Source: an uncultured Verrucomicrobiota bacterium (GTDB taxonomy: Bacteria > Auribacterota > JABMQX01). From it: a stretch of 64,000 bases of DNA. The notes under the pieces were generated by a model that worked only from the letters and a program-made list of their open reading frames with translations, did not search any database and had not been told where the DNA came from. The DNA is taken from assembly GCA_964640185.1 (NCBI GenBank), contig CAZXGF010000007.1, forward strand, positions 43,452-107,451, read 5' to 3'. How positions within the stretch are numbered: position 1 is the stretch's first letter; each line of letters begins with the position of its first letter. The position numbers and the translations under genes were made by a program. This document shows, in pieces, positions 19,953-29,487 of the stretch.

Positions 19953-19998
19953 TACAAAAGAAAGAAGATAGTTTCCCACTCAGCGGTTTGTGTTGGGC

Positions 19999-20075
19999 GG
20001 GCGATTAGCTCAGATGGTTAGAGCGTTAGCTCGACACGCTAAAGGTCACTGGTTCAAGTCCAGTATCGCCCACCA
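19999..20075 (+). tRNA. tRNA-Val (anticodon GAC), CCA encoded
   Basis: Cloverleaf by hand: acceptor GGGCGAT/ATCGCCC, D-arm GCTC/GAGC, anticodon stem TTAGC/GCTAA with loop TCGACAC, T-arm ACTGG-TTCAAGT-CCAGT. C at loop position 33 is unusual. Confidence 0.8.
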
Positions 20076-20135
20076 TAGCGTTAAAGGAGCAACCTAAATG
20101 GTATTCCCGTCTGGAAAGCCCTTTGGGTTGCCAAA

Positions 20136-21899
20136 ATGTACGGGAAGGGACGTCCGATTACGATAGATTTCAATAAGAAACAGGAGCGGGATAGGTACCG
20201 CCACAGCGTTTCACATATAATGGCTCACGCGGTCAAGAGCCTCTTCCCCGATGCGAAACTGGCCATAGGTCCGCCCATCGAAGACGGCTTCTACTACGAT
20301 TTCGACCTGCCGCAGCCTCTCACACCGGACGTTCTCGGCAAGATCGAGCAGCGGATGGAGGAAATCGTAGCTCAAAACCGCCCGTTCGTGCGAGAGGAGA
20401 TGTCGCGTGAGGGGGCGACGGAGCTGTTCAAGCACCTGGACCAGCCGTACAAGGTGGAGCTCCTTGAGGACATCAGCGATAACATTGTCTCAGTCTATCG
20501 CGAGGGGGATTTCGTTGACCTGTGCCGGGGGCCGCACATGGAAAGCACCGGGCAGCTCAAGGCGTTCAAGCTGCTGAGTGTGGCGGGCTCGTACTGGCGG
20601 GGCGACGAGCGAAACAAGATGCTCCAGCGAATCTACGGCACGGCGTTTCCGGACAAAAAAATGCTGCGGGAGCATCTCCGCAAGCTCGAGTCGGCGAAGA
20701 AACGCGACCACAGAAAGCTGGGGAAGCAACTTGACCTTTACAGCATGCACGACGAAGCTGGCAGCGGGCTGGTCTATTGGCATCCTAAGGGCGCCATAAT
20801 CAGGAGAGTCATCGAAGACTTCTGGCGAGAGGAGCACCGCAAGAACGGCTACGAATTGGTCTATACGCCACACATCTTTCGGTCTGACCTTTTGAAAATC
20901 AGCGGGCACCTCGATTTTTACAGGGACAGCATGTATCCGCCCATGGATGTGGACGGAATTGACTACTACGTCAAGCCGATGAATTGTCCGGGGCACATCC
21001 TCATTTACGCCAACCGGACTCGCAGTTACCGGGAGCTTCCCATCCGCCTGGCTGAGCTGGGAACGGTTTATCGGTACGAGAGGGGAGGGACCCTTCACGG
21101 AATGCTTCGTGTGAGGGGATTCACGCAGGACGACTCGCATATCTTCTGCACCCCAGAGCAGTTGAAGGAGGAGGTCGTCGGCGTGATGAAGTTCGCGGAC
21201 TTCATGATGAAAACGTTTCACTACGACTACGCGATCTATCTGGCGACGCGGCCGGAGAAATCGGTCGGTAGCGACGAGATATGGGAGATGGCCGAGACAC
21301 GCCTGAAGGAGGCGCTCGAGGAGTTCGGAAAGGAATACGACATAGACGAGGGCGGCGGAGTTTTCTACGGCCCCAAAATTGACATCAAGGTCTATGACGC
21401 TCTCGGTCGGGAATGGCAGGGGCCCACGATTCAGGTAGATTTCAATTTCCCGGAGCGATTCAAGCTGACGTTTGTCGGTGCTGACGGCGAACATCACACG
21501 CCGGTGATGATTCACAGGGTGGTATTGGGAGCCATGGAGAGGTTCATCGGAGGGCTTATCGAACATTACGAGGGATACTTTCCTCTTTGGCTGGCCCCGG
21601 TGCAGGTGCGAATTCTCACGGTCACGGAAGCCCATGTAACCCATGCCCGCAAGATGAAGTCACAAATGGAGGAGAAGGGAATCCGTGTCGAGCTCGATGA
21701 CCGCAACGAGACCATGGCTCTGAAGATAAGGGAGTCGCAGCTCCAAAAAATACCCTATACTTTAGTTATTGGCGACAGAGAAGTAGCGGACAACACCGTC
21801 GCGGTGAGGAAGTTCAGAGAGGGTCCTCGCGGCAGCATGGGGAGCGGTGACTTCGTTCAAAAGGTTCTTGAGGAAATCGCCAGTAAGGCGAGAGGTTAG
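20136..21899 (+). CDS. thrS: Threonyl-tRNA synthetase, N-terminally short form lacking most of the TGS domain
   Basis: 587 aa. Editing-domain HxxxH (RHSVSHIMAH). Class II motifs KPMNCPGH, GFTQDDSHIF. C-terminal anticodon-binding domain. Confidence 0.95.
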   Translation: MYGKGRPITIDFNKKQERDRYRHSVSHIMAHAVKSLFPDAKLAIGPPIEDGFYYDFDLPQPLTPDVLGKIEQRMEEIVAQNRPFVREEMSREGATELFKHLDQPYKVELLEDISDNIVSVYREGDFVDLCRGPHMESTGQLKAFKLLSVAGSYWRGDERNKMLQRIYGTAFPDKKMLREHLRKLESAKKRDHRKLGKQLDLYSMHDEAGSGLVYWHPKGAIIRRVIEDFWREEHRKNGYELVYTPHIFRSDLLKISGHLDFYRDSMYPPMDVDGIDYYVKPMNCPGHILIYANRTRSYRELPIRLAELGTVYRYERGGTLHGMLRVRGFTQDDSHIFCTPEQLKEEVVGVMKFADFMMKTFHYDYAIYLATRPEKSVGSDEIWEMAETRLKEALEEFGKEYDIDEGGGVFYGPKIDIKVYDALGREWQGPTIQVDFNFPERFKLTFVGADGEHHTPVMIHRVVLGAMERFIGGLIEHYEGYFPLWLAPVQVRILTVTEAHVTHARKMKSQMEEKGIRVELDDRNETMALKIRESQLQKIPYTLVIGDREVADNTVAVRKFREGPRGSMGSGDFVQKVLEEIASKARG

Positions 21900-21993
21900 A
21901 GTCGCTGTCGGGACAGAGGGAATGTCGGGATAAGGGAGACAGCCCAAGCTGCGCCTAAAGCGACATCAAAAAGCGGAAAGGAGGTGAGCGCTA

Positions 21994-22512
21994 ATCCTTC
22001 GTAATGTCCGTGTTAACTCGCAGATTCGCGCTGCCGAAGTGCGAACTATTGACAGTACCGGCAAGCAAGTGGGGATACTTCCTCGGGAGGAGGCGCTGTC
22101 GTTGGCGCGGATGAGCAACCTTGACTTGGTGGAGGTGGCCGCGAACGCGGATCCGCCGGTTTGCCGCATCATGGATTACGGGAAGTACCGTTACGAGCAA
22201 ACCAAAAAGGAGAAGGTTGCCAAAAAGCACCAGCACGCCACCCGGCTCAAGGAAATCAGGCTGCGACCCAACATAGACGAGCATGACCTCGCGGTCAAAG
22301 AAAAGCGAGCGAGAGAGTTCCTGGAGCACGGATTCAAGGTCAAAGTGAGCCTTCGATTCAGGGGAAGGGAAATTACCCATCTCCATTTGGGCAAGGAAGT
22401 TCTGGATAAGCTGGCCGCCAACGTGCAAGATGCTGGGGCGGTGGAAATGACGCCCAAACTCGTGGGGCGTTTCTTGACGATAGTCATCGGCCCCATTAAG
22501 AGCGGGGAGTAG
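21994..22512 (+). CDS. infC: Translation initiation factor IF-3; probable non-AUG (AUC) start
   Basis: Conserved N-domain begins upstream of the first ATG/GTG (…NSQIRAAEVRTIDSTGKQVGI…), and the reading frame is open back to 21988. A GGAGGTGA SD lies 8 nt before ATC at 21994. IF3 genes classically use an AUU/AUC-type start. The ORF track starts at GTG 22039. Confidence 0.8.
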   Translation: MLRNVRVNSQIRAAEVRTIDSTGKQVGILPREEALSLARMSNLDLVEVAANADPPVCRIMDYGKYRYEQTKKEKVAKKHQHATRLKEIRLRPNIDEHDLAVKEKRAREFLEHGFKVKVSLRFRGREITHLHLGKEVLDKLAANVQDAGAVEMTPKLVGRFLTIVIGPIKSGE

Positions 22513-22739
22513 GAAAGCACAGCCAGCTCAATGCTGCCTTTGACTGACAAGGGTTGCCCAGGAAAACAGGGTGGGTTGGACTTGTCCGGTCTAAAAACGG
22601 GGTGTCATGTTGTGCACCGGCGAGGCGCAGGACATGGCCGCGGCAAGACTCGTTTTGTCATAACTCCCAGGCACGAGTGGTATCGCATTCATCTTTTTTC
22701 TTTTTGACACTGACTTTGCATTGAAGGGAGGCGGCTTTC

Positions 22740-22937
22740 ATGCCGAAGATAAAGACAAACAGGAGCGCTGCGAAGAGGTTCACGTTCACCAGGAAAGGAA
22801 AGATCAAGAGAAGGCAATCCTTCGGACGGCATCTCGCCACCAGCAAGAGCGCCAAGAGGAAAAGACAGTTGCGCCGCGTAGCTCTGGTGGATAAAGCGGA
22901 CGCTAAGAGGATAAGAAAGCTGTTGCCCTACGGTTGA
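22740..22937 (+). CDS. rpmI: 50S ribosomal protein L35
   Basis: 65 aa. [14 protein letters not shown]... Confidence 0.95.
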   Translation: MPKIKTNRSAAKRFTFTRKGKIKRRQSFGRHLATSKSAKRKRQLRRVALVDKADAKRIRKLLPYG

Positions 22938-22990
22938 TCCCCTCCTATCCTGCTGCTCACATAGGTGTGGAAAAAACGGAGTAAACGAGA

Positions 22991-23344
22991 ATGGTAAGAG
23001 TCAGCAACGCTGCGGCAAGAAAAAAAAGGCACAAGAGAACTCTCCGGCAAGCCAAGGGGTATCGCGGGCTGAGGGGCAAGAGCTACCGTAGAGCCCGAGA
23101 GACAATCCTGAGAGCTATGGCTTACGCCTACCGCGACAGAAGAGTCCGCAAGAGAGATTTCCGGAGGTTGTGGATCGTCCGCATCGGAGCTGCTGCGAAG
23201 CTCAATGGGCTATCCTACAGTCGTTTCATTGCGGGCTTGAAGAAGGCGGGCGTGCAGCTCAATCGAAAGATCCTGGCTGACATCGCCGTCAGAGATTCGG
23301 ACGCTTTCGCCGCTCTCGTCGAGCTGTCCCGGGGCTCGGCGTAG
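22991..23344 (+). CDS. rplT: 50S ribosomal protein L20
   Basis: 117 aa. [26 protein letters not shown]... Confidence 0.95.
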   Translation: MVRVSNAAARKKRHKRTLRQAKGYRGLRGKSYRRARETILRAMAYAYRDRRVRKRDFRRLWIVRIGAAAKLNGLSYSRFIAGLKKAGVQLNRKILADIAVRDSDAFAALVELSRGSA

Positions 23345-23400
23345 TGTCGGGGACGTGTCGTCGGAGAACGAACACGCCGGAAAGAAAGGCGCGCCGGGGA

Positions 23401-23432
23401 GAGTCTGCCGGAGGCGGACTCTTTCATTTTTG
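23401..23432 (+). terminator. Intrinsic terminator/attenuator hairpin between rplT and pheS
   Basis: GAGTCTGCC-GGA-GGCGGACTC (9-bp stem with one G-U pair) followed by TTTCATTTTTG. Confidence 0.5.
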
Positions 23433-23462
23433 CGCGACTTGAGGGAAAAAGCGAATATTTCA

Positions 23463-24482
23463 ATGCGCGAAGAAATTGAGAAAGCCAAAGAACAGGCGCG
23501 GGACGAAGCGGCTGCTTGTCAGCGCCCGGAACAGATCGAAGAAGTCCGCATCAAGTTCCTGGGGCGTAAGGGAATAATAACATCTCTGATGAAGCGAATC
23601 CCCACATTGCCTCAGGAAGAAAGGAGGGAGGTCGGACTGCTTTTGAACCAGACGAAAGCGGAGGTCTCCCGCCTCGTCGAAGAGAAATCGTCTCAGCTTG
23701 AAGCGGCGGACGCCGAGGCTTCCGTGAGGGCGGAAAGGATTGACATCACCTTGCCCGGGAGAAAGCCAATCCGTGGAAAAAAACATATCATCACCCAGAC
23801 GCTGGAAGAAATCATCGAGATTCTCGCCTACCACGGTTTCACGGTGGAGTACGGGCCCGAGCTTGAGACGGACTATTATAACTTCGGGGCGCTGAATTTC
23901 CCCCCCGACCATCCCGCGAGGGATATGCAGGACACGTTCTATATCACCGACACGCTTCTTCTGAGGACACACACCTCGCCGACGCAAATCCACGTGATGG
24001 AGAAATACAAACCGCCGGTGAGGGTGTGCATGCCGGGGAAATGCTTTCGCAACGAGGCAATAAACGCCCGCAGCCACATCCTCTTTCACCAGATCGAAGG
24101 GCTGTATGTGGATGAGGGCGTGACCTTCGGAGACCTGAAGTCCACTTTGTACGCTTTCTTGAGCAGCTACTTCGGCCGCAAGGTCACGCTGCGGTTCCGG
24201 CCGAGCTATTTCCCTTTCACGGAGCCGAGCGCGGAGGTTGACGTCTCGTGCTTTCTGTGCGCCGGGAGGGGATGCAGCGTGTGCAAGCACACCGGCTGGC
24301 TGGAGCTTCTCGGGTCGGGGATGGTCCACCCCAATGTCTTCAGAGCGGTGGGCTACGACCCGGAGAAATACACCGGCTTCGCCTGGGGCCTGGGAATCGA
24401 GCGGCTGATAATGCAAAAATACGGAATTGACGATATCCGCTTGTTTTTCGAGAACGACCTGAGGTTTCTGGAGCAATTCTGA
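23463..24482 (+). CDS. pheS: Phenylalanyl-tRNA synthetase alpha subunit
   Basis: Start at the internal ATG (MREEIEKAKEQ...), 339 aa. Class II motifs FRNE and GLGIERL. Confidence 0.95.
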   Translation: MREEIEKAKEQARDEAAACQRPEQIEEVRIKFLGRKGIITSLMKRIPTLPQEERREVGLLLNQTKAEVSRLVEEKSSQLEAADAEASVRAERIDITLPGRKPIRGKKHIITQTLEEIIEILAYHGFTVEYGPELETDYYNFGALNFPPDHPARDMQDTFYITDTLLLRTHTSPTQIHVMEKYKPPVRVCMPGKCFRNEAINARSHILFHQIEGLYVDEGVTFGDLKSTLYAFLSSYFGRKVTLRFRPSYFPFTEPSAEVDVSCFLCAGRGCSVCKHTGWLELLGSGMVHPNVFRAVGYDPEKYTGFAWGLGIERLIMQKYGIDDIRLFFENDLRFLEQF

Positions 24483-24543
24483 GCCCGGCGAATCCGCGGG
24501 GTCCGGAAGCAGAATCGCAAAAAAGTAAATCGCTGGTTTCGAT

Positions 24544-26967
24544 ATGAGAGTTTCCTTCAACTGGCTCAAGGAAATGGTTGAGACGGCTCTTCCCCCGGAA
24601 GAGCTCGCCGAAAAGCTCACCATGGCGGGCGTGGAGGTCGAGAAGATCGAGCGTCCGGGGGAGAAGCTGAACGACGTCGTCGTCGGGAAGGTCCTTTCTG
24701 TCGAGCGCCATCCGAATGCCGATAAACTGACCCTTTGCCGGGTTGACTCCGGGCGGGGGGAGTTTCAAATCGTGTGCGGCGCCCCGAACGTCAGAGACGG
24801 GGCTAAGGTGGCTGTGGGGCTGGTAGGAGCGGTTTTGTCGGACGGCAGCACTTTGCGGAAGCTCCGAAAAGCCCGAATTCGCGGCGTTGATTCGGAAGGT
24901 ATGATTTGCTCGGAGATGGAGCTGGGGCTTGGCGAAAATGCCGCAGGAATCATAATCCTCCCCGACGAGTACGAGGTCGGGCAAAGCCTGGCCTCGGCTC
25001 TGGGGCTTGATGACGCGATATTCGTCATAGACGTGACCCCCAACAGGCCGGACTGCCTTTCCATTCTCGGTGTGGCGAGGGAAGTCGCCGCCATTCTCGA
25101 CACGGAAGTCAAACCCCTTTCCCGTGAGATCGTTGAGTCCGAGGAGCACTCCTCGAAGTACGCGTCGGTGGAGACGAGAGACCTCGATCTGTGCCCGAGG
25201 TATTGTGCGAGGGTGCTGACGGGCATACGGGTCGGGCCCTCTCCCGCATGGCTGAAGCAGAGAATAGAACTGTGCGGCGTCAGGGCGATCAATAACATCG
25301 TGGACGCGACGAATTACGTTATGCTGGAGATGGGGCAGCCGCTGCACGCTTTCGACATGGAGAAGCTCAAGGAACAGCGCGTCGTGGTGCGGACGGCTGG
25401 CAATGGCGAGACAATCGTCACCCTCGACGGCCAGCAGCGGACACTCACCTCGGACATGCTCGTCATAGCTGACGCCCAAAAAGCCATCGCTATTGCAGGA
25501 GTGATGGGCGGAGCCAACACGGAGGTGGACGAGCGGACGACATGCGTGCTTCTGGAAAGCGCGTATTTCAAGCCATCGTCCGTTCGGCGAACGTCCAAGA
25601 AGCTGGGGCTTTCGACGGAGGCGTCCTATCGTTTCGAGCGAGGGGCGGACCCCGAGGCTCAAGCCCTCGCCGCTACGCGCGCCGCGGAACTCATGCGAAG
25701 CATCGCAGGAGGGGATGTCAAAAGAGAGGTCATAGAGGTCTCGGGGGAAGTTCCTCCAAGGCCGGAAGTGCGTGTCCGCAGCAGCCGGGTCAATCTGGTT
25801 CTGGGGACATCGCTGCCTGAGAAGCAAATCGAGAATATCTATCGCCGGCTCGGTCTGCAAGTTCTGAAAAAGGAAGAGGACGCGGTCCTCCTCCGCCCCC
25901 CCTCGTTCCGCAGAGACCTCGTTGAAGAAATTGATTTCGTCGAGGAAGTTGCCCGCATCTTCGGGTACGACCGGCTTCCGACGCCAGTGACGCGAGCCAG
26001 GGTGGGCGTCGCAAAGCGCGAGCCGTGGCAAGCTTTCGAGAAGCTGACGAAAAACGTATTGACAAGCTTCGGCTTCTTTGAAATAATCTGCTCCGATCTA
26101 ATCAGCGAGCGGCGCTGTCGTCACATCGTTGATTTGCTCTTTGACGTACCGGTGGAAGTCTTGAGGGTGCTCAACCCAGTCAGCTCGGAGAGGGACGTGC
26201 TCCAACCAAGCCTCTTGCCAGGGCTTCTGGAAAGTATGGCGAGAAACCAAACCCAGAAGCGAGAGAGCATCAGGCTTTTCGAGGTGGGGCGCGTTCGGCG
26301 ACGAGGGGAGAACCGCGAAGGGATAGAAAAGGCTTCGCTTTCTCTCGGAATGAGCGGGTCCTCGCGGCAGAACGTCTGGGACCTTTCGCCTCGAGAGGCC
26401 GATTTCTACGACATGAAAGGAGTCGTGGAAGTTTATCTTTCCCGCCTGGGCATCAAGCGGGTAGCCTTTCGGGAGTTCGAGAAAGGTCTGTTCCAGCCGG
26501 GCAGGAGCGCCTCGATTCTCGCTAACGGCAAGGAAATTGGGCAGTTAGGGGAGTTGAGCGCTGGCGCCTATGAGGCTTTCGACTTGAAACCGAGGGTCAT
26601 CGCCTGCGAGATGAGCGCGGAGGCGCTCGTGCGGCTGATGAACTTCTCGGTCAAGTTCCAGAAGCTTGCGGTGTTTCCGGCTTCCTCGAGAGATATAGCC
26701 ATAATTGTGGCCGAGGAAACGACGTGGGAAGAGGTCGTTTCTGCTGTGAGGAAGAAAAGGCCGAAGATACTCGAGAGCATCGAGCTTTTCGACATTTATC
26801 GCGGCGAGCAGATCGGGCCGGGGAAAAAGAGCATGGCTTTTTCGCTGAAGTACCGTTCAAAACTTGGCACTTTAACAGATGAGGAGGTAGAAACGGCCCA
26901 TTCAGGGATTAAGGCGGGCCTGGCAAGGGAGTTGGCTTGTGAAGTCAGGGAGAACGAAGGACATTAA
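24544..26967 (+). CDS. pheT: Phenylalanyl-tRNA synthetase beta subunit
   Basis: 807 aa. N-terminal MRVSFNWLKE, tRNA-binding and B3/B4 domains, C-terminal FDIYRGEQIGPGKKSMAF. Confidence 0.95.
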   Translation: MRVSFNWLKEMVETALPPEELAEKLTMAGVEVEKIERPGEKLNDVVVGKVLSVERHPNADKLTLCRVDSGRGEFQIVCGAPNVRDGAKVAVGLVGAVLSDGSTLRKLRKARIRGVDSEGMICSEMELGLGENAAGIIILPDEYEVGQSLASALGLDDAIFVIDVTPNRPDCLSILGVAREVAAILDTEVKPLSREIVESEEHSSKYASVETRDLDLCPRYCARVLTGIRVGPSPAWLKQRIELCGVRAINNIVDATNYVMLEMGQPLHAFDMEKLKEQRVVVRTAGNGETIVTLDGQQRTLTSDMLVIADAQKAIAIAGVMGGANTEVDERTTCVLLESAYFKPSSVRRTSKKLGLSTEASYRFERGADPEAQALAATRAAELMRSIAGGDVKREVIEVSGEVPPRPEVRVRSSRVNLVLGTSLPEKQIENIYRRLGLQVLKKEEDAVLLRPPSFRRDLVEEIDFVEEVARIFGYDRLPTPVTRARVGVAKREPWQAFEKLTKNVLTSFGFFEIICSDLISERRCRHIVDLLFDVPVEVLRVLNPVSSERDVLQPSLLPGLLESMARNQTQKRESIRLFEVGRVRRRGENREGIEKASLSLGMSGSSRQNVWDLSPREADFYDMKGVVEVYLSRLGIKRVAFREFEKGLFQPGRSASILANGKEIGQLGELSAGAYEAFDLKPRVIACEMSAEALVRLMNFSVKFQKLAVFPASSRDIAIIVAEETTWEEVVSAVRKKRPKILESIELFDIYRGEQIGPGKKSMAFSLKYRSKLGTLTDEEVETAHSGIKAGLARELACEVRENEGH

Positions 26968-27021
26968 CTGTGTGGTCCTTCGCTCCCGTCCGGACCGATT
27001 CACGAGAGAGTGCTAATTCTC

Positions 27022-27357
27022 ATGGGCATGCAGGAAAAGGGCGTTGTAACAGTTCAGATTTTTGGCAAAGAATACCCGGTAGCGAGCGACCAGAATCGCG
27101 AGTACATTCAGAAACTGGCTGATTACGTGGACACGAAAATGAGCGAGATCGCGGCCGGAGGTGACACGCTTGCTTCGGGGAGGATCGCCGTTCAGGCTTG
27201 TTTGAACATTGCCGATGATCTTATGAGGACGAAGAACGAAAAAGAGCAACTGATCAGAACCGTACAGGGGAGGATTTCAACCATTGCGAAGATGATCGAA
27301 GACAGGCTGGAAAACAAGAGGGCCTGTTCGGAGGTCAAAAAGAGCCACAATGGATGA
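27022..27357 (+). CDS. zapA: Cell division protein ZapA
   Basis: ~110 aa. VTVQIFGKEYPVASDQNREYIQKLADYVD... Start is ambiguous among 27010, 27022 and 27028. Confidence 0.7.
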   Translation: MGMQEKGVVTVQIFGKEYPVASDQNREYIQKLADYVDTKMSEIAAGGDTLASGRIAVQACLNIADDLMRTKNEKEQLIRTVQGRISTIAKMIEDRLENKRACSEVKKSHNG

Positions 27358-27369
27358 GCTGAGACATAT

Positions 27370-27560
27370 ACCCTACCGTGCCCGTAGCACAACGAAGAAT
27401 CTTTGAGCCAACAGTACCGAATCGGGAGCCATGATTGGGTCGCTTTTGCAAGTACGCTCAGGAAAGCATACAGCATCCTTGAGGGCACCCACTTTGACAA
27501 ACAAGCGTTCAAAGATCTCGTTGATACGGCATTAAGGTAGGGTTTTTTTATGTCCTCGGG
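27370..27560 (+). ncRNA. Candidate 6S RNA (ssrS) locus - hypothesis from synteny and end-pairing
   Basis: A 223-nt non-coding gap after zapA, with rarA and a 5-formyl-THF cyclo-ligase next. 5-prime CCCTACC(GTGCC) can pair with 3-prime (GGCAT-taa-)GGTAGGG, and a T7 run follows. Confidence 0.25.
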
Positions 27561-27580
27561 GGTCGCGGGAAGGTAGTTCG

Positions 27581-28939
27581 TTGGACCTGTTTGACTCGCA
27601 AGACCCGCAACTTCAGAAGGATTTTCCCGGCGTTGCGCCGCTGGCGACGCGCATGAGGCCGACGTCCTTCGAGGAGTTCGCCGGGCAGGAGCACATCCTC
27701 GGCCGCGGCAAGTTGCTCAGAAGGGCTATCGAATCGGGGAAGATAGGCTCCGTAATCTTCTATGGCCCGCCCGGAACCGGCAAAACAAGCCTCGCCAAGA
27801 TCATCGCCACAACCACCGATAGCGCCTTCATTCAGATTTCGGCGGTTACCTCCGGCGTCGGCGAAATCAGGTCCACCGGCCACTCGGCTGCTCAAAGGCT
27901 CCGCAGCAGCGCGAAGCGGACGATTCTTTTCGTTGACGAGGTGCATCGTTTCAACAAGTCCCAGCAGGACGTGCTGCTGCCCTACGTCGAAAAAGGCACC
28001 CTCTCTCTCATAGGCACGACAACCCACAATCCCTTCTTCTACCTCAGCGCGGCGTTAGTGTCTCGCTCGCGGCTCTTCGAGTTTCGCCCCCTCTCCGAGG
28101 ATGAGGTGAGAACGATCCTCCTGCGAGCGCTCAACGACCGCGAGAGAGGGTTGGGGAAATACAACGTCAGGCTTGCGGAACCGGCTCTGAAACACATCAT
28201 CTCCGTTTCGGACGGCGATGTCAGAAAGGCGCTCAACGCCCTCGAGCTCGCGGTGGTTACCACGCCCACAGGGGGGAAGGCGGCGGTCGAAGTCGGGCTG
28301 GAGGCCGCAGAGGATTCCATTCAGAAAAAGGCTGTTGTTTACAACGGGGACGGGGATGCCCATTACGATACCATCTCCGCCTTCATCAAAAGCATGCGCG
28401 GGTCGGACCCCGACGCCGCTCTCTACTGGCTCGCCAAAATGCTCTACGCGGGGGAGGACACCCGGTTCATCGCCCGAAGAATCGTCATCTGCGCCGCGGA
28501 GGACGTGGGGAACGCCGACCCTCAAGCGCTGATTCTCGCCAACGCTGCTCTTCAAGCCGCGGAGTTTGTGGGGATGCCGGAGGCGCAACTTCCCCTGGCA
28601 CAAGCAGCGATTTACGTCGCGACGGCGCCCAAAAGCAATTCCACCTTCAAAGGCATCTCCAGAGCCATGTCCGATGTCAAGCAGGAAAGAACTGAGGTTG
28701 TTCCCCAGCATCTGCGGGATGCAAGTTACCCGGGGGCCAAGAGATTGCGGCACGGCAACGGATACAAGTATCCCCATGACTATCCGGGGCATATCGTAGA
28801 TCAATCCTATCTACCCCGCGGGGCGGCCTATTACAAACCGTCCGATCAGGGGTATGAGAACGAAATCGCCAGGAGAATCGAACACTGGAAACAAAAGCTG
28901 AAATCCGAAACAGAATCCGCCTTCAACGGAGACACTTGA
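27581..28939 (+). CDS. rarA: Replication-associated recombination protein A (RarA/MgsA AAA+ ATPase)
   Basis: Walker A GPPGTGKTS, Walker B ILFVDEVHRF, C-terminal MgsA domains. Confidence 0.9.
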   Translation: MDLFDSQDPQLQKDFPGVAPLATRMRPTSFEEFAGQEHILGRGKLLRRAIESGKIGSVIFYGPPGTGKTSLAKIIATTTDSAFIQISAVTSGVGEIRSTGHSAAQRLRSSAKRTILFVDEVHRFNKSQQDVLLPYVEKGTLSLIGTTTHNPFFYLSAALVSRSRLFEFRPLSEDEVRTILLRALNDRERGLGKYNVRLAEPALKHIISVSDGDVRKALNALELAVVTTPTGGKAAVEVGLEAAEDSIQKKAVVYNGDGDAHYDTISAFIKSMRGSDPDAALYWLAKMLYAGEDTRFIARRIVICAAEDVGNADPQALILANAALQAAEFVGMPEAQLPLAQAAIYVATAPKSNSTFKGISRAMSDVKQERTEVVPQHLRDASYPGAKRLRHGNGYKYPHDYPGHIVDQSYLPRGAAYYKPSDQGYENEIARRIEHWKQKLKSETESAFNGDT

Positions 28940-29475
28940 CCTGGGACGAGGTCGAGTCAAACAGCAGGGAAATCATCGAACGCTTGATTGCCCTGCCGGA
29001 ATACCTTCGCTCGAGGTGCATAATGCTGTACTGGTCGTGCCACAACGAGGTGCGAACACACGAGCTCGTGCGAAGCGCTCTGAAAGAAGGAAAAAAGGTG
29101 GTCCTGCCCAGGTGCGACACGAAGCAGCGGCAGATATATCCGTGTCGGATAAGGGATGTCGCCCGGGACCTGGAGCCGGGCGCCTTCGGCATCCTCGAAC
29201 CGAAGGATGAAGCGGGAGGATTAGTTAATCTTTCAGAAATAGAAGTGTGCGTAATGCCGGGGGTCGCTTTTGACCCGGAAGGCAACAGAGTGGGCAGAGG
29301 ATTGGGGTATTACGACCGTTTTCTTGGAGGGCTCGACGAGAAGGCTACGAAGATCGGACTGGCATACGCATTTCAAATAGTGAACAAAATATGCCCCACC
29401 GACCGCGATGCCAGCATGGACAAGATAGTCACACAAAAAGGAACGCTGGCGGCATGCCCGTCGGTGATTAAATAG
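28936..29475 (+). CDS. 5-formyltetrahydrofolate cyclo-ligase
   Basis: 179 aa. TTG start overlaps the rarA stop. Motifs MPGVAFDPEGNRVGRGLGYYDRFL. Confidence 0.85.
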   Translation: MTWDEVESNSREIIERLIALPEYLRSRCIMLYWSCHNEVRTHELVRSALKEGKKVVLPRCDTKQRQIYPCRIRDVARDLEPGAFGILEPKDEAGGLVNLSEIEVCVMPGVAFDPEGNRVGRGLGYYDRFLGGLDEKATKIGLAYAFQIVNKICPTDRDASMDKIVTQKGTLAACPSVIK

Positions 29476-29487
29476 AGGAGGAAAAGG

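Noticed and set aside
19999-20075. Doubt about tRNA-Val identity because loop position 33 is C, not U
   Set aside because: The cloverleaf is otherwise canonical, with a 77-nt length including CCA, and the anticodon stem is unambiguous. The identity Val(GAC) is kept at reduced confidence.
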